Assembly (NCBI RefSeq): GCF_001194135.2
Contig: NC_069001.1
Coordinates: 8,176,178 to 8,236,969 of the forward strand
Source of the DNA: Octopus bimaculoides
Taxonomy: Eukaryota
Length of the DNA stretch: 60,792 nucleotides
Direction: 5' to 3'
The position numbers and the translations under genes were made by a program. Positions 53,012 through 60,792 of this stretch are shown in pieces. Position 1 is the stretch's first letter. Each line of letters starts with the position of its first letter. The notes under the pieces are model-generated. The model searched no databases, had not been told where the DNA came from, and saw only the letters and a list, made by a program, of their open reading frames with translations.

Positions 53012-53864
53012 GTTATAAATTGAGAAGTAAATGGAGATCAAAAGAATAACATGCGTTTAGTTTCACGCATCATTCAAATGTCTGTTAAAACAATTATGAT
53101 GGATTCCTGTCAACAGCACATAAACTCTTAAATATTGGTAAAGATAGCATTGGTTCCAATGATTTAGAGATGTCACATTGTATTGGTTGTTAATTAATGA
53201 ATTTCAAATTGGCAACCTTAACAGTATGGTCTAATAGGGTATGCAAGCAACTGATTTAAATGGCATTAATTGCAAAATCTGGTCAAATTATCTTACATTT
53301 GATATCAGTAGCCCTTGAACTGAATAAATTACATTTATTGAACTATCGTGTGAAATGAATAATTAAACATTAAGAATCTGTGTAGCCTGAAGATGTATCA
53401 GGCCAAGATGAAATGTATGAAGATGGCACAAGTATCACTGGAACTCATTAGGAACTGATCCTAGCAAGGTGTAGAAGGAGCCAGGCAAGTCAACCCACAG
53501 TTTATGGAACCTCCTGTCACAAGTCCCAGAACGCTGTTGGGTAAAGTAACCTCAAAATATCAAGGAGGAAAAGTGATGACAGACTGATAAAGATGGTGAC
53601 TACATCTTTGAAGCAACAACCAAAGATGATGTGAATCAATTCCTCCAGGCAATGACTACTGTTATCATTAGTCTTGCAGTGGAATGGTCTGGACCAGAAG
53701 TGTAGAAAAAAGGTAAACATCTCTATGTTATGAGTAAGAGAGGTGGATGAAAAAAACAGCACAAGTTGAAAAACAAAAAAGTCAAATTATTTCCAAAACA
53801 TTTTTTATTATTCAATAAAGCATAACAACAACAATGATAATAATAATAATAATAATAATAATAA

Positions 53865-54757
53865 TGGTTTCTTACGTGGGCACAAAACCTAACATATTGA
53901 AGGGAAGGAACAGTCAATTAAATCGACCCCAAAATTTGATTGGTACTTTATTTTATCAATCCTGGAAGGATAAAAAGCTACATCAACTTTGGTGTGATTT
54001 GAACCCAGAATGTAAAGGGATGTAAAATAATGCAAAGTATTTTGTACAATACTCTAACAATTCTCCCATCACCACCTTAATATTGGATTCACATTTTGGC
54101 ACAAGGCCAGCAATTTCAGGGGAGGGGTAAGTCAATTACATCGACCCCAGTACTCAACTGGTACTTGTTTTATCGACCCCCAAAAGGATGAAAGGTAAAG
54201 TCAACCCCAGCGGAATTTGAACTCAGAACGTAAAGGTGGATGAAATGCTTTTAAAGAATTGCGTCCAACATGTTAACGATTCTGCCAGCTTACCACCTTC
54301 GTCACCACCATAATGTTGATAATTGTTTGTAAGGTACAAAGGGAGGGAGGGAGGGAGTTAATTGATTACACTGACACCACTAACTGGTACTTTATTTTTC
54401 AACCCAAGAAGGATGAAAAGGTAAAATTGGTTTCAGTGGGATTTGAACTCAGAATGTAAAGAGCCATAACTAAATACCACAAGCCATTTTTGTTCAACTC
54501 TGTGACAATTCTGCTTTTACCACCTTAATAATCCTTTCTACTATAGGCACAAGGCCTGAAATTTTGGGAGGAAGGGGGTTGGTCAGTTCCATTGACCCCA
54601 GTGCTCAACTGGTACTTATTTTATCGACCCTGAAAGGATGAAAGGCAAAGTCAACCTTGGTGACATTTGAACTCAGAACGTAAAGAGTCAAAAGAAATGC
54701 TGCTAAGCATTTTGTCCATTGCCCTAACGATGCTGATGCTGCCAGCTCGCTGCCTTA
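53865..54757 (-). mobile_element. Head-to-tail array of four family-A SINEs bracketed by (ATA)n
   Basis: Copies at ~53865-54077, 54078-54298, 54325-54527 and 54528-54757; (ATA)n at 53833-53864 and ~54763-54792. Confidence 0.85.
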
Positions 54758-54761
54758 CATG

Positions 54762-54792
<31 letters not shown>

Positions 54793-55619
54793 TATATGAT
54801 GATAGGAATGTATGATAAAAGTCTAAAAAATTATTCCAAAGACTTTAGCAAAAGAATTAAAATTAAAAAAAATTTATAGAAAAATGTTTACTGCTGCAAT
54901 GATATTTACAGACATATTTTAAAATACTTGTTTACATTTATTTATTTATTTATTCTCTTTGTAAAAATTAAAATTAGGATCAAAACTGGGAGAAACAGGT
55001 TCAAATGACACCAGAAATTTGTAGGAATTAATGCATGTCACATATTTTCCTTTTTTTTTTTTTTTTCTTTTTGATTTTCTGCCAGTATAGGGTTTCCATA
55101 CCGAATGTTAAGGGTCATTGCTAGAAAACATGAGAATCTCCCTCGCCTATCTATCAAGGGGTCAGTCGTTGTCTTCTGTTTAACTCTGTCTGATAGAGTT
55201 AGGGGGAGAACACTGGGGTGGGAAAGGAAGGTAGGAAGTAAGGAAAGAAGGAAGGAAAGGAGGTGCTTTTTGACTATTCTTTGTCTTGACATCATCTTGT
55301 GCCCTAATTGTTTTTGTTGATGATGTTAGACCTCAAGTCAACTCTGACTGAGCAAATTTATAATCAAAAACGTTCCAGCTTCACTGTCCTGATTTGAGGG
55401 AAATTTTGCTGCTATTTCTAGTAGGTCAAGCAACTCTGCAGAGGTTCCCTCATTGGCTTAAATGGCCCAGAGTTTTAATAAAAGGCTATTAGCTAGAACC
55501 TTTGTGGTTCCCAATCAAGGTAAGGAAGTGAATAATTCTTAATCCTATTCAATGGAAGAAATTTGAACAATATTAATAACAGGTTCTAATTAAGATACGA
55601 GGGCCAGAAATACTGAAAG

Positions 55620-58130
55620 GAATTATGTCCAAAGCACTAATGATTCTAACAATCAATCGTTCTTTAATAACATTTAAAAAAATTTAGGTACAGAGCCAGT
55701 AATTCAGAAGGGAGAGACATCATCAACACAAGTACTTGACTGGTATATTATTAAATTGATCCAGGATTGATGAAAGTAAAGTTGACCTTAATAGAATTTG
55801 AACTCAGACTGTAATCAGCCATTGTATTTACTAATAATAGAAGTTAGAGGGGCTAATGTAAATCTTTAAAGACAAGAAAATGCTCACACACACATACACA
55901 CAAAAATAGAATTCAAGCTAGTTGAGCTCCAAAGTTTGCTGCCACAAGTTTGACAAGACATGTCTAAATGTAAAATACAAAGTGTAAGAAATATTAGCAA
56001 AACTATTTACAGTTATAATTTTTATACAATTATACATTTACAGAGAAATTGTAAAGAATTAAATATATGTGTGTGTGAGTGAGAGGGAGAAAGAGAGAGA
56101 CAGACAGAGACAGGGTGTATGTGCTTGTGTACGTGTATATATAGACATGTATATATTCATATGTAGATATATGTATATGTTAGTGTGTACACATAGACAC
56201 ACACAAATATATATGAACCAAGTATATCCATTAAAGCTTTAACAATACATTTTGATATATTACAATGTGACTTTCCATTCAGTGTCTAAAATGAGATTTC
56301 TATAAATGGAAATTCACAAACTGGATTGGTTTACACAAAATTTGCTTTCTGTAAGTGATTGGCATGAGGCCACTCATGTGTAGGGAGAGGAGATATTAGT
56401 CAATTTGAATTGTCTCCAATTCTTATCTTTTGTGTTCATTCTTTTTTTTTTCCCTCAATATATTTCTTGTTGACCTCTCAAGGATGAAAGGCAGAGTCAA
56501 CTCTGTCAGGATTTGAAGCCAGATGTAAAGAAGAAGTAAAATTAAACACTAAGACATTTAGTTCTAGATTTCTGTCTTTTCATTACCATTAGTAATAACA
56601 ATTTCTAACATTGGCACAAAACCAGAAAAATTTAGGGTGGAGGTGTAATGTGCAGACGATAATGTCTTGTGTTTAACTTTTATCTAACCGGGAAAAGGAT
56701 GAAAGGTAAAGTTGCCCATAGGAGGGTTCTTATTACTACTTCTACTACTACTACTACTATTACAATAATGAATTCTGTTCTAGGCACAAGGCTAGCAACC
56801 TTGAGAGGAAGGATAGTTCATACTTACACCCCAGCACTTGACTGGTTCTCTATTTTATCTGCCCTTGAGGAAAGAAAGGATTTGAACACATAACTATAGA
56901 GCTGTAACTAAATATAACTAGGCATCTTTTCTGATATTCTACCAATTTTGCAAAGTCATAATTTTTAATATAGTCAAATAAATCAACTCCAGCCTACATT
57001 GGTATTTATTTCCTCAACCACCAAACAATAAAATATTTAATGTCTATATTATATTATATGATAATAATTTCTATCATTGACAAAGTCCAAAAATTAGCCA
57101 TATAATCAATAAAATCGACACCTGGCATTTATCTTATCTGACCCCAGAGAGATGAAATAATTCAAGGTATTATGGGATATAACTAAATACTGCAGGGAAT
57201 TTTGTCTGTTGCTCAAACAGGTCTTCCAATGGAATAATATTGAGTTAACTTTGTTGCAAGATCTAGCAATGTGAGGGGAGACATTATAGGCAGTTGATTT
57301 AAACCCAGTATATAGCTAACTGGTGCTTATTATGTTGACTACTAACTTTTATTGGTTAACGCTAGCCTAATTGGAACAAAGGGGAGATGAAAGCCAAAAC
57401 TGACTGAATAAGATTTGAACTCAGAATGTAAAAAGAAAACATAACCAAGGGAGATAACTAAAGTATTTTGTCCAACGCTCAAACAATCCTACCTGTAACG
57501 AAGATAAACTCTGTTTTACAGGATGATCTTAAAAATATACAGTTTTATTACTGTTGTTATAAAAGTAGAATCAGTAGACTGTCAGAAAATGCCTTGCGGT
57601 TATTTGGTTGTTGTTTTTTAATGTTCTGACTTCATATACTGTGAAGGATAACTTTGTCTTTTGTTCTTGCAGACTCAATAAAATACATCCCAGAATCTTC
57701 CTATGTTTAATGAGACTATAAATTTTCACTGGGGAATTTTCTCTCCCAGATGCAGGCTCAGGCAAGGTTTCTTTGTTGTAGAAAGACCAGCAGTTGTCCA
57801 TACATGCAAGTCTCCCTTTCTCTACACCACTGATATTGTCTATGGGAAAGGTAAAGGTAAAGAGCAAATAATACAGTTTGGTCAATACGCCATTGTTGAA
57901 GGTGTGTGTTACTGTCAGAAGGCAAAAAAAACTCACACAACAAGGTATCTTGCCTAGCACTCTAACAATTCCACTAACTCCCCACTCTTGATGGCGCTTC
58001 ATTATCAACAGTATAATGATGAAAAACAAAATTGACCACAGTGGGGTTTGAACTCAGAATATAGAGAGGTGGAACAAATAGCACAAAGCAGTCTATCTGA
58101 CATTCAAACCACTCTACCAATTTGTCAACC
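55620..58130 (-). mobile_element. Field of at least 6 further degenerate family-A SINE fragments, same orientation
   Basis: Repeated GGCACAA..., GGATGAAAG...AAAGT and ATTTGAACTCAG signatures near 55.7, 56.5, 56.6-56.9, 57.1, 57.4 and 58.05 kb. Confidence 0.7.
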
Positions 58131-58259
58131 CTATTAGATAAAATAAAATACCAGTTAAGTACTAAACTCAGTTCAAATTATCACATCTTCCACAACAAAA
58201 CCTTTATAGCTTTGTGCCTATGTTAGAATCATTATTATTATTACTATCAGTACTTTTCA

Positions 58260-59870
58260 ACAGTTTCATGCGAGATTCTACTGCATTACTAGGTGCATCT
58301 CTTTGTTTCATATGCATGTGCAGCTTTGTCTTTTTGAAGTAAGGAACTGTGTTTGTACAGTGCATTTTATTTTGTTGTGGGGATTGTTTGTTGTTTCAAG
58401 TGTCGCTTTCTTGTTATATCTGTTTGTTGTGTAGAATAAATATGTACAATGTGTGTTCCAATATTTTGTTACATAACAGCTGTATTTTGTATATGTTGTG
58501 AGAGATACTGTGTTTTAGTGTTGAATGGTCATTATGCAAAGTATGTGCTGTGCAGGTTGTGTTGTTTCATTGGGTGACAACTGTGTAAAATATGAGTGGC
58601 ATGATTTTCTGCTGAAGATGTTAGGGATGTTCACAGTACAGGGTGTTGACCGTGTAGAGTGTGTTTTGAATATATTATTACAGTACATGATGTTATTATT
58701 ACTAAAAGTGCTTGAATGCATAATTAAATAGATAAAAAAAAAACACAGATATGTTATAATTGTATGAGATAGGTGGGAGGCAAGATTAAGTGAGAGAGGA
58801 TATGTTTGTGATGTTAGATTAACTGGAATTATAATGGTCAGTTGAATAGGAGAGGAGCAAGTGAGCGGGTGAATGATGAGTATTATGTGATGGTAGTTGT
58901 GGTGTGGTGTGGTGGTGTAGTGGTGGCTGTAAGATGGGATTATCCCCATTTAATTTAATTGATCTCTTGGTGAAAGCTAAGATGTCTGAGAATTTGGTGA
59001 GAAGGGAACTAAAAGTAGTCAGAAATAACGAGAAATTAAATAGTCAATTAATGAATTAACAGTTGTAGATCTGTTGAGAAATTATTGTATATTAATAATA
59101 GATCAACAGATGTGAATTTGTTAATCAACAGTAGTAGATTAATAAATCAAAAGATGCTGAGTGGTTGAGCAACTGTTTGGGGTTATTAGATTAACAAATT
59201 TGTATTTATTGAGCAACTGTTGTGATTTAAGATATGAATGGATGTGAATTTGTTGATCCACATTAGATTAGCAGAGAGTTGCAGAAAGAAAGGAAAGTCT
59301 ATAAGGACAAAGCCAACAGGGAAGTCTTCAGGCAAAGTTTGGGTTAAAAGGGAGGTTTTAAGACTAAGGGGTGGTCAATATTGATGTACTAAGGCTAATA
59401 CTTAGTAAATAAGGAGATGTTAAAACTAATATGGTAGTAAAAGGGACTGTTACGTAATGTTGAAAGAGAAATAACAAAAAACATATACACACAGACATGT
59501 TCAAACATGCAGCCACATGTATACATAACACTTTCAAGTAAAAAATATATTAAAGAAACAATAAGGGAAGGTAAAAAAGATTGATTTAAAATAAATGTAT
59601 TTGTGGAATTTAGGGGTTTGTATTGGTGGGATTTTAGGGGACTGCACTGTAGGATCTACATTGGTGAAGTTGAGTGGTTGCATTTATTTGTGGAAATTTA
59701 GGATACTGTTTGGTTAAAGATTGGAAGTATATAGGAAGAGAGTTAAAAAAACTCTATTAATAGGATTTAAGGGGCTGTATTAGTGTAACATAAGAGATTG
59801 CACTAGTAAAGATAAGAGTTTGAAAAGAGAAGTCAAGAAAGAATAAAAGTTGAAATTTTAAAAGAGAAAT
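58260..59870 (-). mobile_element. Possible ancient Penelope-like/LINE relic
   Basis: Long G/T-rich (+) versus C/A-rich (-) asymmetry; only weak motif resemblance. Confidence 0.25.
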
Positions 59871-60198
59871 TTTGATCAATTGAGGCATGAGAATAAAATA
59901 CTAAAAAAGGAAAAAAAGAAACTGTATAAGAGTTCAAGAAAGAAAGATGACAAGGGTGTCGTTAAAGATTCCACCTTCTGTATCCATACCGCCATGGATG
60001 AGACAAACTGTGTATGTCTCCCTCGAACTGCACTCCACGTTTTCTACAGATTCACACCCTACAATAAAAGACAGAAAAGAAAACTCAGAGAGGAAGGCAT
60101 TTTATGAATGTCAATCATTATATAGTCAAATAAGTAGGAGATATTCTAAAATATAGAAGTGCATTAGCACCACAAATTCTCAACATACACTATGTTGA

Positions 60199-60199
<1 letters not shown>

Positions 60200-60235
<36 letters not shown>

Positions 60236-60295
60236 CATATATATACACGCCACACACACACATAAACACATATATATATTATATATATATATATA
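60200..60295. repeat. (TA)n/(CA)n compound microsatellite
   Basis: Directly visible. Confidence 0.95.
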
Positions 60296-60359
60296 TGTAA
60301 ATTTAATTAGAGGATATGTTAATCTCGTGAAGGGATGGTTGTATCCAAGGAAATACTGA

Positions 60360-60792
60360 GAAAAACCAAAGCATTGAGTTCTACCCAGATCAGATGGTGA
60401 ACACACAGAACAACCGTTGGCTTAACATGTTCCGAAAGTGATAAAAATCAAATATTCAGTCAGCATCATAATGTTTGGAGTGATCACTAATGATGGCAAC
60501 ATTATGCCTCCATTCATCTTCCCACATGGCCTTAGATTCAACACAAAGGCCTACATCAAGTGCCTGGAGGAGGTAGAGCTGCTCTGGGTCAAGAGGGAGG
60601 CTGCTGAAAGACCCTGTGTCTGGCAACATGACTCAGCACCATGCCACACATGCAGCAGAACCCAATCATGGCTGTCAGACAATTTCTGCAGCCACATCAC
60701 CCGCTAACATCTGGTCACCTAACTCCCCAGACTGCAACCCCCTTGATTATTATGTGTGGGTTGCAGTTGAGCGAAAGTCCAACAAAACTCCT
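60360..60792 (+). mobile_element. DD37D (maT-type) Tc1/mariner transposase relic, runs off the window
   Basis: MFGVITNDGNIMPPFIFPHGLRFNTKAYIKCLEEV...WQHDSAPCH...[+1 frameshift]NIWSPNSPDCNPLDYYVW; 37 residues between the second and third Asp after correcting the frameshift. Confidence 0.88.

Noticed and set aside
53723-54025. Poly-Tyr / poly-Ile ORFs, and other 60-150 aa ORFs in repeats (e.g. 32591-32998, 38965-39278, 58515-58949)
   Set aside because: Translations of microsatellites, SINEs or strand-biased TE relics.

Overview
AT-rich eukaryotic genomic DNA, almost certainly coleoid cephalopod (octopus-like), judged from its SINE families and zinc-finger type. No search was run; all family calls come from motif recognition. 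The left 47 kb is a tandem C2H2 zinc-finger (ZNF) gene cluster. It holds six intact single-coding-exon ZNF ORFs (ZNF-1 to ZNF-6, orientation + + - - + -, with 12/9/13/8/21/12 intact fingers, 75 in total) and two pseudogenes (+ at 40.6 kb; - split between 42.1-42.5 and 45.8-46.2 kb). No KRAB, SCAN, BTB or ZAD domain is visible. The genes share a cassette: CpG-containing upstream motif, non-coding first exon, conserved acceptor, ~250-370 nt 5'UTR, MENEL-type leader, near-invariant first finger, hypervariable array, dead terminal fingers. Between them lie relics of many transposon groups (Merlin, mariner, DD37D, pogo, piggyBac MITEs, HERO-like, RTE, CR1/L2-like, Penelope-like, Gypsy, a solo LTR, several SINE families). 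The right 13 kb has no ZNF and looks like a CpG-rich promoter zone followed by SINE-rich, probably intronic DNA. Best lead: a KRAB-less ZNF cassette system with fixed ends and a recombining, helix-diversifying middle, possibly a cephalopod analogue of KRAB-ZNF transposon surveillance (inference). There are two assembly gaps (10134-10160, 26332-26567).
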